Below are positions 27,793-42,000 of a DNA stretch of 64,000 nucleotides, in pieces. The notes under the pieces were generated by a model. That model saw only the letters and a program-made list of their open reading frames with translations. It had not been told where the DNA came from and ran no database searches. The position numbers were made by a program, and so were the translations under genes. The stretch comes from Lingula anatina. Lineage: Eukaryota; Animalia; Brachiopoda. The stretch covers positions 7,502,001 through 7,566,000 of the forward strand of contig CM120640.1 of assembly GCA_051362555.1 (NCBI GenBank), in the 5' to 3' direction. The number at the start of each line of letters is the position of its first letter. Position 1 is the stretch's first letter.

Positions 27793-30700
27793 ACTCATGT
27801 TATTTCTACCAAATCATTAAATCTAAGTTGTTTGAACCAGAGACATTCTGACTAAAGATAAGCAATACACTGAAAGAAATTGATCAACATTTCCCATAAT
27901 GTCACTGTATATCAAATATCTCTAGGATGGGAGCCAGCAAGGTTAGAAACAAGTGCCCCTTTCAATAACTTAAAGTGAGACAAAGATCCCTTTACAAGCA
28001 TTAAAAAATACCACCAGAAAAAATATCTGCCTCATTTTCTGATGTGTATGTGATTAAAATGGGTTAAACATCCAACTAGTAAATACATAAAAGATCAAGA
28101 TATCACAACTTCTTGAAGCTGGGAAGCATTCCCAATTTTCTTAGGGTCAGTGACCAAAAGAACTGCTCTTCCATTTTGGCAGCTAGCCAAATTGAAAGCA
28201 ATATCACTTGATCTGAGTTACTTTGTTCATAGATGCTTTCAGAGAATTTGGTACGAAGGAGTGAGCATAGCACAGCTCTGTAACATTTATATAATAAGCA
28301 AAAAGTAATACCTCATCATTCATATTTTTATGGTTTTAATCATATATCATAATTCAGTGTTGTATCAGGTCACAATTTAGTACTCTATTCATGAAATTGC
28401 ATAAGGGTCTTAAAACTTTAGTCCCTTTTTCATTTAAAACAAATGTAATATAGTCATATTACAGCTTTTGAACTGTGCCAACTTACTATCATAAACCTGC
28501 TAGAGTATCACAAATTCACGATCCGAAAATGAAAAATTTACTGTAATATATATTGGCTTACACTTCCATAAATAGAAATGTCTTACTGTAAAATATCAAT
28601 GCCTCTATTCTAGGTTAATTTCTTTCTCTTTTCATTCAAGTCAAGTTAAGCCTTTTTCTGCAATAGCAGCCACAATTTTTTTTTTCAGTGAAGGATAATT
28701 TCCCAATCAAATGCAATGCAAGATGACTTCTGGGGGTATCACACTATGCATTACCTGATGTGGTTTAAATTAAATTCTAAGCTTGGTTATTTCTCCAATG
28801 ACAAATAGTCTCCTGCCGTGATTAGAATTAAATCTAATCAGCTGCTTCCTCTTCTCTTTACATAACAGTTCAAATTACAAACCATTCTTAATCATATGAG
28901 ACATGTTTATTATCTCAGGATATTTTGCTCAAAGGTGATGACAATATAGTGCCAACATCAATCATGAAATCAATGTAGTAAGCATAGTGAAATCTTAATC
29001 TACTTCTCTCTATTTCTGATAAATTACATGGTTGCTTTTCTTATGGTTAAGGATAATTGAACTTGAAACGAGCTGTTTTCATGAAATACCTTCCAAACCA
29101 CATTTTACATGTTGTGGCAATTAAGTGACATGAAATACTTTCAGCCATGTACCCCCCCCCCCCCATGGCCCCTACAATAAAATGTTAGGTGATTGCTAAC
29201 ACAATCACTAGAAGCACAAATTTACTTCCAATACAGAAATTCCATTTCAATATAGAGCATTCCTGCTATGTAGGTTAACAGGATTTATTTAGAAAATGAA
29301 AACTATGTCAATTGTTTGTAGTATTTTGTACAGACAAGTTTTGCACAGAAGTTTATTACAGGCTACATTTCAGAATTATGAGAATAATCAATTATTTGCT
29401 ACAGTTACAGAACAAGAGACTAAGTGCAGACTGTTAACAGGGAACTTACCTTTTGCAGAAACAGTGAACTATATTCTTCAATCTGGAGCAGGCACCTGTT
29501 GTGCAAAGTGCCTTCCTTTCAATGCCAACTTGTGGATCTGACAGCTGTAACTGGGGAATATAAAGGAGAATGTTACAAAGACCTACACTTAATGCTGGTA
29601 CATTAAACATTAAGTGGGCCGATAAAAAACTGTACAAGTAGCCTAACATCAATACAAGTGGCTTTCAAACCCTGCTGTCTGGCATTGCACTTATGTTCCT
29701 GTGAAGGTCTCCGGGGGGACAAGTGCTTTTAACACAGACATCCTTTTAAGTAACATTATGATACGTTTGGTTCAGTAATACAGAAATATTGCTGTTGTTT
29801 AAGTCACTTAACTGTTACTCTTCAACTGATTCATTTTTGACAAAAGTCCATTAACTGCAGTGAAACCCAAGTCAATGAAGTAAATTTGGTTACATTTTGC
29901 ACTGCGTAAAAATTCTTTCTTAATTCAAATGAATAAAGTTCAAGGAAATGATATGACAAAAAGTCACATGCCACAAAGAGCTCCCCATGCTGTACAGGAA
30001 ATTAAGGTAAAAATGTCCCTAAAAAGTTATTTTTTTTTAATTGGAATTCCTCAATATAATTACTTGCAAATATCTTTGATATTCAGCTGGATTTTTGATG
30101 ATGAAAAATATGGTTAAGTTTAAAAACAAAGATGTCAAAATTAAACAGATTTCAATCATATTTCCAATACTTTTCCCCTTATGTCCAATATCTATCCTAT
30201 TCCTGTATCTAAAACACCATTCTCAAACAAATCTCATGATATTTTAGTACTTTCTTTGGTAACACTGTCCATCATCATTAATTTAAAAGTATTCCTAGCT
30301 GACATGCATTTGGGATTCTGAGGCCTTTTTTATAACAAAAAAGCAAAGTTAAAATATTCAAACATTATGTGGTGCAAAAAAGTTATACCATGCATATCAA
30401 TTTCAAAACTTATTTCGACACAGCATTTATATAGCTCCTTCAATTTATACCTTAAACTCATAGTGCTATAGACAAGATAATTAATATCCACATTACTGTG
30501 TATTATCCAAGAAAACATTATCCCAGGCTTATATTGATGGTACCCAAGAGAGAGAAAAAAGGGGAACCTCTTCATTTTCAAATAAAATTGACTGTCTACA
30601 GCATTATATATATATGGCAGGAAAAAATACAGTTAACAAAATTCTCTTATGAATATCACCCAAAAATACATTGTACAGTGTTCTTGAAAATTGCCAGTTA

Positions 30701-31712
30701 TTTAAATGGGAAACTCAGAAATAGAGTATAATTAAGAGATCATATTACAATTAATTTTTCATCACGCATTTTCACTTTATGTAAAAAAATACATTTTTCT
30801 GAGCAGGGTAACCAGTTACAAACTTCTGAAAGATGTATCACATTTTGAGATATTATCAAATACATTTGACAAAGAAAATAAGATGTAAAACAATCAGAAC
30901 TCTATGCACAGCCCAATTTAACATGCACTAGGTTTTATACCAATGCCAATATCTGGTACTTGTGCAATATCCCCACCCCACCTATAACATGTAATAAAAA
31001 TCTTCTACTTTAAATGTTTTTTTTAATTTAGTTGTGTATCAATGTCATTGTTATTCAAATAAATTAATTTTATAGTTATTTTAGTAATTCTTAACCTGAA
31101 ATGACCTAGCTCACCTCTAATATTATTTGATTGGCTTTAAAGTTAAATTACTGGAAAAGCAATAAGATAATATTTTTATCTTACAGCTAAACAAATAAAA
31201 TGCAAAGTACAAGGAGCAACTTAAGTGAACCATGGGAATGAAAATGAAAACGCAAAAATGAAAGTACCGTGTAACAATTAAGTAGGCGCATTTGATTAAG
31301 TTCGCAGTTATATATGTGACAAAACCTCATCGTGAATAGTTAAAAAATAACTTTATAATAAAATGTGAATTTTTAACAAATAAATATTACTTATAATAAA
31401 AACAAAAAAGAAGACGACAACCATATCATACATGTATGTTTACCCAAGGACTGTCATCAAACTTCCCGCTGTGCCTTTTGGATAGATCTCCATGTAAGCA
31501 ACATGTTTTGGTTGCTTTCCCATCAGCGTTCAACAAGGGATTAGTTACTTTGCCAGAACTTGAAATTATGCAAACTCAAAATAAGAGTATCAATACTGAC
31601 CTAAATGGAAGTCGTATAAGAAGGATTTGTAACTAACAATGCATTACTCACATCCAACCAAGTTTCCTGAACGATGACATGAAAACCTTACCACATATCC
31701 GGGCACTTCAAA

Positions 31713-33039
31713 ATGGCAGCCTCCAGCGGCAGTGGTATTTCAGGTGGGACTCGCACTTATGGTGATAAACCAAACCCCATTCGCATCGAAGATGGAGGAG
31801 AGCTATACTACATTGGATCAGAGGTATGTCTGAATTAAAAGAACGTTAAATTTGGGTGTAGAACAAAAATGCCGCGAAGAACTGGAGACGGGTATCGTAG
31901 ATCTCTTTGTTCGCCATATCTTAAATAACTTCAAGGTGCTATTATTGTCCGTCTTTTTCTGTATCGATCGTACAGACAAACATTTCCCGTTGGATTTATT
32001 TCTTTTCACAGGCGCACTTATCAGATTTACGTTCATCTAATAAATTTTAACATTTAGATTTAGAGCGACATTTACGTCATATTTCTTCATTTACAATGTA
32101 ACTAACGACAGAATAATATCTAGCCTAGGTCAGTAGAATAAACGATCACTTTTTGATGTGACTTGATCAGACCGAAGCACTTAGAAAAATTATTGGTTCT
32201 CATGCAGTTTGCCCCCAGACTTATAAGCCCAAGTTTGGTTTTCTTTTTTTTTTTTTTTAGTTCAGTTATGTCTCTGCTATTCAAAATGAGATTGTGATTT
32301 ACTTAATTTTTTGTTTTTTTGCTGTCCATCAATGAAATGATCTGAGCTCTCATTGTATTGGAATGAGCCTTCTTGTTAAACATGAAAATAAGAAAATGGT
32401 TAAACTAATTTATTTGATCATTATGACCATTGAGTAAAGTCACCAGGTATGTGAATGAAAAAAAAAAAAAATGGAAAATCAGACTTGTTAGTTTTGGGGA
32501 GCTTACTGTATAAGGCTGCGTGCACATGAAAAATCTGTTTTCTAAAAATCTAAAAATCTATTTGCGGTAGCTTGTGATCATGGTCTGTGCCCTGAATACC
32601 CCGCGGCGCAATTACTGGCAGCGCCGAGAATTAATTACAGCTTTGGAAGTAACTGGCTCTCCGCTGCCCGTAATTATGCCTTGGGGTATTCAGGGCACAG
32701 ACCGTGATCACAAGATACCGCAAATAGATTTTTAGATTTTTAGAAAATAGATTTTTCATGTGAACGCAGCCTAAGTACCATATTTTCTTAGTATTTTAAG
32801 ATAAATTTTTTTTCTTAAGAGAAAAAGGCTGTTTTAAATATCAGAAATATTGCTCCCATTCAGCATGGATGACCTGAGTACTTAAGCCTTTCTGCGTATG
32901 TCCAAACCAGATCATAATATCAGCGTGAGATCCGATATATGCACCGTCAGCAGAGACTGGGCATGTAGATCAGACCTGGTAAATTGATTATGAAACACAT
33001 GTATCTATTTGAATAGCCGTTTATATTAACATTAATCAT

Positions 33040-33087
<48 letters not shown>

Positions 33088-36000
33088 TTGTTAGTGCTTT
33101 GTTATAGTTAGTTGAGCTGTCATTGATTGTACCTTGTATGTAAAGGTGTTTATCAATAAAGAATCTGGTAGTTATGGTGCCAGAGAGAAACAGGTAAAAC
33201 TTGCTGATCCGCCAACTTAATATGGCCGACCACAGTTCAAAGTGATGCTGCTGATTCCTGATGGTCTCCCAACTCCACACGCGCCATTAAATGGATTAAA
33301 TCTCAGCATGTGTGAAGGCGGGGAAACCATCATGGAATTAGCGGCATGGTTTTGAACTGTGGTCGTCCACATTTAGTCGGCAGTTCAGTAAGTACTCAGA
33401 TCATCCATTCTAAATGGGGCCATTGACAAACAAGTTACAAGAAGTATAATTCCATTCATGCTCGCCTGTTCAATCATTTGATGAATCTAAATACAACCTT
33501 ATTAATGGCACACTAGTCTAATGTTCAGAAATGACTGTGGCCTAATAGTAATCAAAATTATTCAACATTCAACTTTGTATTTAAAATCCACTATGCATTA
33601 ATTATATTAATTGTCATCAGAACTTGTGATTAAGATGGAAAAAATCTGGACATCAGTTGTCTGGTCATACCTTCAACTGCAATTGTGTTCATCCAGTCTG
33701 AACATGATGTTCACATACATAATGTAGGCTAAGGCACATTTGTTTTGGTAGCTTTCCACCTATTTTTAAGAACTCAAGCAATTTATTCGAAATAATGCTT
33801 ATCTTCCATAAAAATTATCACCAAGGTCAGTCTGACTCTGAATTATTGATGTTTATGTGAAATATATGAAGAGTCACAGTGAAGCATTCTCTTCATGATG
33901 GAGTGTTATTTCATTAAAGGTAAAGAGGATGAATAACTACCTTCTAAATAAATGCTCTTACGGAAATGGATTTTGATAACATTTTAGCACTTTTCCTCTA
34001 ATTATTACCCTACTAGTACTCAATTTTCTCGGTGTCAGCTCTACCTTATTCATCTTTTGGAAGTTTTGTAACCAGATGCCCTTACAGATGTTTTTCATTG
34101 CCCAGGCTTAAAAGTTCAATAGCCATTATAAACCTTGTTTGAGTTCAAATTATTTTTACAGGATGAAATGAACTAATAGTGTTTTGGAGCGCATTCAGAG
34201 CAGCGGACTAAGAGATCTGCCGATCACATATGGCCTACCCTCTTGAATGCTTGTTGCATAATCCCAACAGGTAATCTGTTCAGTGTCTAATTGGGAATTA
34301 AGCAGCAAGCTTTTCATTGGAGGAAATCATAATATAACCACACAGCTAATTTATGTTTTTCATATTCAGGTTGGTAATTACCTGCGGATGTTCAGAGGTT
34401 CTCTTTACAAGAAATACCCATCATTATGGAGGAGGTTATTGTCACCAGAGGAGAGGAAAAACATAGCACAAATTGGTAGGTTGCAATGCTTTTTCCTCTC
34501 ATCACTCTCTATCTGCTCTTTCATGACACAGAATCTAGATTTGTTAGGTATTCTACTCTTCTATTTCATAAGATTTAGATACAATAGAGTGGCAGTAGAG
34601 AAGTTTCAGTTTCAATAAAGAGTAGGTCTTTACAAATTGCAGTATTTAAGGTAAACAAAAGCTAAATGTTACTCTGTTGATATCTCTTTTGTTATGATTC
34701 AATGAGTCATGAACAGTAACAATCAAGTTACAGGCCAACTGAACAGAATTCTCTTATCTATAGAGTTAAGTATAGTACCAAACCTGTCTATGCACTTCTC
34801 AATGTGTTGTCTTCAATAGAATTATTTCACATCAGTCACGCATATTTTCAGCTTTAAAGTATTATTTATATGAGTATAGCAGCATAATAATGCAAAAATG
34901 AGTCAAAGCAAAGTATACAGTGCATTAAATGAAACAAATATTGATTGGTTTTGCACTCCAAAAAAGACTTATAAATTTATTAAATGTTATCATGTCATTT
35001 TCATTATATATATTCTTCTGTTCCCTCTAACTATACTGCTATTTAATCTAGATGTTAAAACCATGCAAATAGAGGTATAAAAAGATAAGCTTACTAAATT
35101 ATGTACTGTACTTACCCTAGTGCTTGAATTACAAATAAGTCTCCTGCAACAAAAAAAAAAAAAAGGGGGGGGGGAAGAGCAGTGAGGCTTCATGTGAATC
35201 AACTAATGGGGAATACCCGCTTTAAGGGTCTGCCGCTAGATGGCGTGGGGGTGAAAGCAGTCCTTCTTAAATCTCGCAGAATCTCGCTCACGGCTTTACA
35301 CCAGAGTTTAACATGGAGCGTGTGCACGCGTCGCTGACAGTGAATCAACTCAAACGCAATTTACTTGAATGTGGTGCCATAACATCTGGATGAAAATGTG
35401 AATTGACTGAAAGGTATGTGTTTTCTTTTCATTTAGTGCTTGAAAAACAAGAATGCTAACTATTTTCCTTGAAAAAAATCGAACATTAGTCGAGGTGTGT
35501 GTGTCAAATCTGACATGTTATGTACATGTAGACTACTGTAGGTACGAGTAGGCCTACGCTCATATTTTGTTTTAGTAGCACGAAAGACGAAGATTTTTTA
35601 TGCTTAGTAAATGTACTTATTTTTTTTCTTTATAAGGTTACCCAAAGAAGGCCCATATATTGGGGGCAAAGCCTGAAACTGTCGATTTCAGGACCCCAGG
35701 ACAGCCAACTTCAAGAGCAGGATAAAATGATTACTTCAGGAATCTTACCCGTCACTTCACATCAGCGGCAAAGATTGATGTAGCCACCAGTTATGCCTAC
35801 CCTAAAGCTGACTTACAGGCGGCTGTGATGGACAACAACTATTGCCAAGTGCCATGAAAACAATAATGCATGGATAGAGGGAATGATGTAAGTGAAAACA
35901 GAGGTCTAATATTAAGAATCAGGCCCAAATATGAGAAAGAATTATCAAACTAGGTGATGTGTGACATCATAGAAATATAAAAATGTATCTTAACTATTTA

Positions 36001-39000
36001 ATGCTGTAACCATCTACCATGCTTTAATGGGATATGACTATTTCAGGTTGAGGAACAAACAGCGAAGGACACTGAGCATAGCAAGTTACAACAAGGAAAG
36101 AGCGCAATCTGACACAAGGAGAGACAATGGCGGATCACTGCTTCCAGATTTGGAGAGATAATGTCAGCTACAGAGAAGAAGTATATGAACAAACTGTATG
36201 AATAATTGTTGTGTCCAAAAACATTGCAGACACATGACAGTTGGACCCGGACCCGATTTCCCCTTTTTGGAATGTGTATCTCGTGCACGAATCTGGGCCT
36301 AAAGAAAACCCGCGAATACTATACTAAGTTAGAAGGCCAGATGTTCATTACAAATCGCCCATTCTGCTATTTTGCTGTTTACGTTCAAAGATCTGTTTGT
36401 GGGGTTGATTCATTCTGACGCTGGATATTTTTCTACATGTATTTTGCCCAGGATAACTTTTTTTTAATGAAAAACACTATAGGAAGTATGTGTCAACCAG
36501 TTTATAGAAAGTACCCCTGTATGAGATGGTTTTAGCTGCAATCATAATTTTGAAGTGCAATTTTAAAAAATGTTTTCACTAAAATGAAATAATTTGGTGG
36601 TGCTATATTCTTTACAAAAAGTACTTATGTGTTTATGCTGTTTTTAATAATATTTAACTGTAATGAAAAAAAAACCCATGATGCTATTTTGTAAAGTATT
36701 TTAGTGGGATGAAATAAATTGCTAGTTGTATTTACAGCAAATAATTTGGTTTTTCTGCTTTTTAAAGAATTTTCAAAGTGATGACATAATGTGGTGGTTC
36801 TATTCAAGTAAAATAATTCATAAGTACTATTTTGTAAAAAGGAACAAAAAACTGTTAATTTGTAAAATGTTTGCTTTCTTTAATTTTTATTTCTTAAACT
36901 GTTACAAAAAGTTTTCCATACCTACAGTAATCCATTGGCTGAGAAATTGCAGCTATATATTCAGGAAAGTTATAGCACAAATAAATTATCTAAGTATTAC
37001 ATGGTTTCATGGTTTTTACTATGGACTGAATAATTATTTTGTTTAAATAAAATATTTGGTTTTGCTGCTTTTTAATGAATTTTCAGAGCGATGAAATAAT
37101 ATGGTGTTTCTACTCAAGTAAAACAATTCAGAAGTGCTATTTTGTAAAAAAAGAACAAAAACTGTTCATTTATAAAATGTTTTCTTTCTTTAAATTTTAT
37201 TTCTTAAACTGTTACAAAAAGATTTCCAAACATGCATTATTCCATTGGCTGAGAAATTGCATCTATACATGAACAAATAAATTATCTAACTATACCTAGT
37301 TTTATGATTCTTACGAGGTACTGAATAATGATTTTAAATAAAAATAATTATTTAATTAACATTACCGGTCATGCTCAATACATCAATAAAAAAGGATATT
37401 ACTTAATAACACAACCTTATGCGGGTAGTAGGCTACCGGGACTTATATATATTTACTGACAACTCTTCTGAAATTACGGACATAAGAAAACGCACTTTGA
37501 TAAATCATACTTCCTAGGGGCACTTTCTTGCTATGGAGCTCTCTTTCCAAAACTTTATAAGTTTTGCCAAGATCAATTAACCTTTTTACGTGTATTCTTT
37601 TTGAGGCAACTCGTCTATCTTTAGGGGCCTAATTACTGTTCCTGGGTCAAGTTGTAACTGACCCTTTAACATGGAAGGTGTGTTGACATGGGCAACCCTT
37701 CACTTCAAACGAAGCCCTGAATCCTCAAGAAAATTATGCCCACCTTGCCGACTTTGACATTCAGGTACACAACAATACTGAGGCATGTTTATTAAGGCCA
37801 GTACCACAGTCCAACGTATACAATATCCAACATGGCGATCTAGGAAGGACTGAATTCACACTAGCGACACCTGGCGCCAAGCGGGCTGGTATTCCCCATT
37901 GCAAGTCTCAAATACTCTATGATTGTCCTCCTATTTACTTTTAGCATATTTATCAAAAATTGGTTCCTGTTAAATAAACACCAATAGACAGCAGGCAGTG
38001 CATACTGTATCTTTGTCAGACACTTAATTTTTCATAAATAGACCTAAAGTTTTGTCAACAGGATTAAACAAGTATTTTGAATTTTTACCATTTTCATTGT
38101 ATTTTAACTATTTAAAGCAACCCATCTTGCACTCAAAATTCATTCCAACTGTTCACATTAAATTCAAGCTTGACTACCAGTATTGCTTAAAACATTTCAT
38201 TATGTAAACTAGGTGGAAATCTTCTCGGGTTTGGCCAGCATACCTTGGCTACCAACATAACATTACTGAGAGCAGCAGAGGTGGATGAGATCCTGATGGG
38301 GAACGATGATAAATATAAAGCAGTCTCTGTCAGCAGTGAGCCAGTGGTCTCCAGGTAGGCCTGTCCCAAGAGCAGTTTCCAGTGACCCCTGTTTCTGTTT
38401 AATTTGAAGAAGTGGGGCTGGTATACTAACTGAATTTTAAAACAGTTTTTTTACTGTGCATCAGTGTTGCCTTGATGCAGTGATACAAGAACTACCATTA
38501 GTGCTCATACTGCATGTGAAGAGCTCTTTACTGGTGCTAATGCAGACCTTATTTATAAAGGGATTAGGTGTTTTCTAACTTGAGCCTCAGATTTTTCAAC
38601 ACAAATGCCCAAATTAACGACTCCAGCCACAAATTAACGACTCCAACTGGCAACGTAAAATTACTTGCCACTTACAAGCACAGCGTTTCATGACACAAAC
38701 TGTTTATGTACCTGTTCGTTATATTCTGTATGAGCCGGAGATTGTTGACAATGCATTGATGCAAGGGGGCCTATGTATACAGCCAGAGACCCTGATGGAA
38801 GCTGGTCAAAATGTTTGTGTAATAAAACCCTAAGTTTGTGGCAAGTAATTCTATGTTAAGGCAGTTATTTTGTGGCTAGAGTTGTTAATTTGAGGATTTG
38901 TGCTCACAAAAGGGCAATTATTATTTATGAGGCCTGCAATGTAATATATAATCAAAAAAAAAATTATTTGTTGAGATATGATATTATGTGGATTTTTTAT

Positions 39001-42000
39001 GAATTCAAAACTTGCACTTGAGAAATCATGTCACTGTGTTATTCAAAGGTTAATGTAAAGATGCTTCCGTTGTGGCTCAATTAATACTCTCAGTCATCAA
39101 CTATCTCATTATAGCATCACCTTAGCAGGGTAACCTTCACTGAGACCTGTGCTTTATTGACTCCTATGAGTCACAATAGCTTCATATAGAAACTGTTTGG
39201 CCTCAAACATTTTCTTTATCCCTTTTTTTGTGGACCTTTGTTACAGTTATATTAATGTCACAGGTGGTAAAATGAAGCACAACCAGACCAAGATTTTTTT
39301 ATTTCAAAGTGATATAAGATGTTGTTATTTCCAGGGACAACAAGTCCAAGCGTGGCAGTAACTGGGTTCCAGCTTTACCCAGTACATCTCACCATCTGGA
39401 TGCTGTGCCATCTTCCACTCCTATCAACAGAAATAGACTGGGGCGATTAAAAGTCAGAACATTCCCAATGTGGTAAGTTGCATGCAGGCACAATGTTTAG
39501 AGCTATAAGAAAAAAATCCAGGTGCAGTAGCTGCAGATAGTGCGCTGAATATTTAATAGGATGGTGGTATAAAGCTACTTTTAAAATTTAAACGGCATGG
39601 TGGGCTGTCATATTGGACTGTTAAACCCTCAGTACTTTTATGAGAAATACAGCACAATGAACTAAAGCAGTTAAAATTATTTCTTCCCTTTTTTCATGTC
39701 TATATCAGTATGCCCATGTTTATTAATGTAAACCCTGTCACAGTGAAAATAACCTAATAAATATATCAGTCCATAGAGAGATACAAATGGAAGTTAAATA
39801 ACTTCATTTAGTCTGCCTTGGGATGGAATATCATATTTTTATTTTATTGCTTTCAGCTTGGATGAGACAGACCCTGGTCTGGTCCATGAGAATGCCAACC
39901 AACCAGAGGTGCTAGTTCCTATTAGGTTAGACATGGAGTTTGATGGGCAGAAACTGAGAGATTGCTTCACATGGAACAAAAACGGTAAAATTAATTTCTT
40001 TAAAATCAAATTTGGATTTTATGTATCAAAAGTGGACGGAGTGCATTGTATCATGTGTTCCCCCCCCCCCCTTTTTTTTTAAGTCTGAGGTATTATTTTT
40101 TAAAATGTAAATTGTTCTTAAATATTATGAAAAAAAACTATCCCAGCTAACCTAACACTGGTCCTTGCCAAATGTCAGTACAAGTGGAGCTGGACTTGTT
40201 AAATTTTGTAAATAAATTTTCTGTTACTGACCAATTTCCCTGATCCTGGTCAGTACATTCTTAGACCTTTGCTGAAAGAGCCAATAGGCTAAAATGTTTA
40301 ACGGCACACACCTATCCATGCTAAATAATGTAATTTTTTATTATTACTGAACAAAAGAGCAGATGTCATCTTTAAACAGAATTTCTTATAAAGTTAACCA
40401 AACACAATTGTGAAATTGTATTCATTGGGAAGATTTCATTTTAGTTAAATTTAGTGACTATTAACATACTAATGATGCTATTTACATGTTTTAGAGACTC
40501 TCATAACACCAGAGCAGTTTGCAGAGATCTTATGTGATGACCTAGATCTGAATCCAGTCTCCTTTGTTCCTGCAATAGCCCAGTCAATACGACAACAGAT
40601 GGAAGCTTTTCCTACTGACAATCTTTTAGAGGAACAGAAAGACCAAAGAGTTATTCTCAAGGTATGCACAGTTTTTATGACTTTCCTATTAATTGGATAT
40701 TTTCACTAAGTAACTGCTCTGGTTAGGTGCTGGCAGTACACATGGTTTTAGTCCTGACCTGTCTCATTTTTTTATGTGTGTTTATTTACATTCATATTAT
40801 ATCACCATGGCAAATTTTAGCCCTGATGTGCTTTATAAATTATAGCATTCTCTCTGAAAAAGTGGCTATTCAGGCCTGCAAAAGAGTTTTAATTTTTTTT
40901 TGTTTCTTTTTGAAGCTTTGTTATATAACATGTGGTTTAAATCTTTCAGCTCAACATCCATGTGGGTAATATTTCTTTGGTAGACCAGTTTGAATGGGAC
41001 ATGTCTGAAAAAGATAACAGCCCAGAGGAATTTGCCACAAAATTATGTGCCGAACTTGGTGAGTGACCTGTGTCAAATCATTTGATGTTTTTGAAAAAAT
41101 GTTTCAAAAATGAATCAAATATATTATACCTGCTTTCAACTATTGTTAGATAACTACTACACAGAAAGATTTGGTTATCATATTCTGCACAAAATGAGAA
41201 AAAAAAATTATGAAAACGACAAGCCTATCAGTGGTGAAATGACCCAGGCATAGTAATCATTAGTTATGTTGTCCTTCCTAATTATCACTTCATTGAGATC
41301 TAAACTCAAAATTTACTTGTATGTGATGTTATTAGGCCAATTTATTCACTTAACTTAATTGTTGGAGCAGGGAAACCAGTGAATTTAGTTTAACAGGTCA
41401 GACCATTAGACAAATTTTAATGAAAATTTCCATTACTGTTTCAGGTCTGGGAGGAGAGTTTGTGACGGGTATATCATACAGCATCAGAGGACAGCTCAGT
41501 TGGCATCAAAGAACATATGCATTTAGGTAGGATGTTGGCAGTTGTTTTCTACACAGATACTGCATGATTTTAAGGGGCTTGGTTGACCTAACTCATTCTG
41601 AATGTCTCCAGAGTGTATTATTTCAAAGCAATTTTGTGTAAGTAGATCTTAGACTAACAAAAAAGACTGCAGGTGGTCCATGATAGTGATTATCATAACT
41701 TGTCTTAACCATATTTTTGTTTTACTTTACTGAGAGATGTGAATTGATATCCATGCAGATCAAATTGAAAATTTAACGTAATCCCATTATCATGTTTATA
41801 GACTGAAGTTATTACTTCTTTACATTTGGTCCTGTTCTACCTATAACTGTCTAATTTCAGTTTTGCTTTACTTGAAATGTCAATTTTACTACAAGAGATA
41901 AAACAGTGAACTTCTTCAAACTGTTGACCTGTGTAGTATAAGGAAAGCATCAAATTGACTTTATGGTCATTTTTTACTTCACACTTAGATTCAGAATGTC

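Larger units (their letters stand above)
35208..37897. mobile_element. Internally deleted, decayed ISL2EU-type DNA transposon in SMARCB1 intron 2
   Basis: AT|GGGGAATACC...GGTATTCCCC|AT (TIR plus AT duplication), containing convergent remnants of YqaJ exonuclease (+) and THAP-DDE transposase (-). Confidence 0.85.

Noticed and set aside
36726-37272. Two similar aromatic-rich ORFs (106 and 65 aa)
   Set aside because: By-products of an AT-rich tandem duplication within the transposon.
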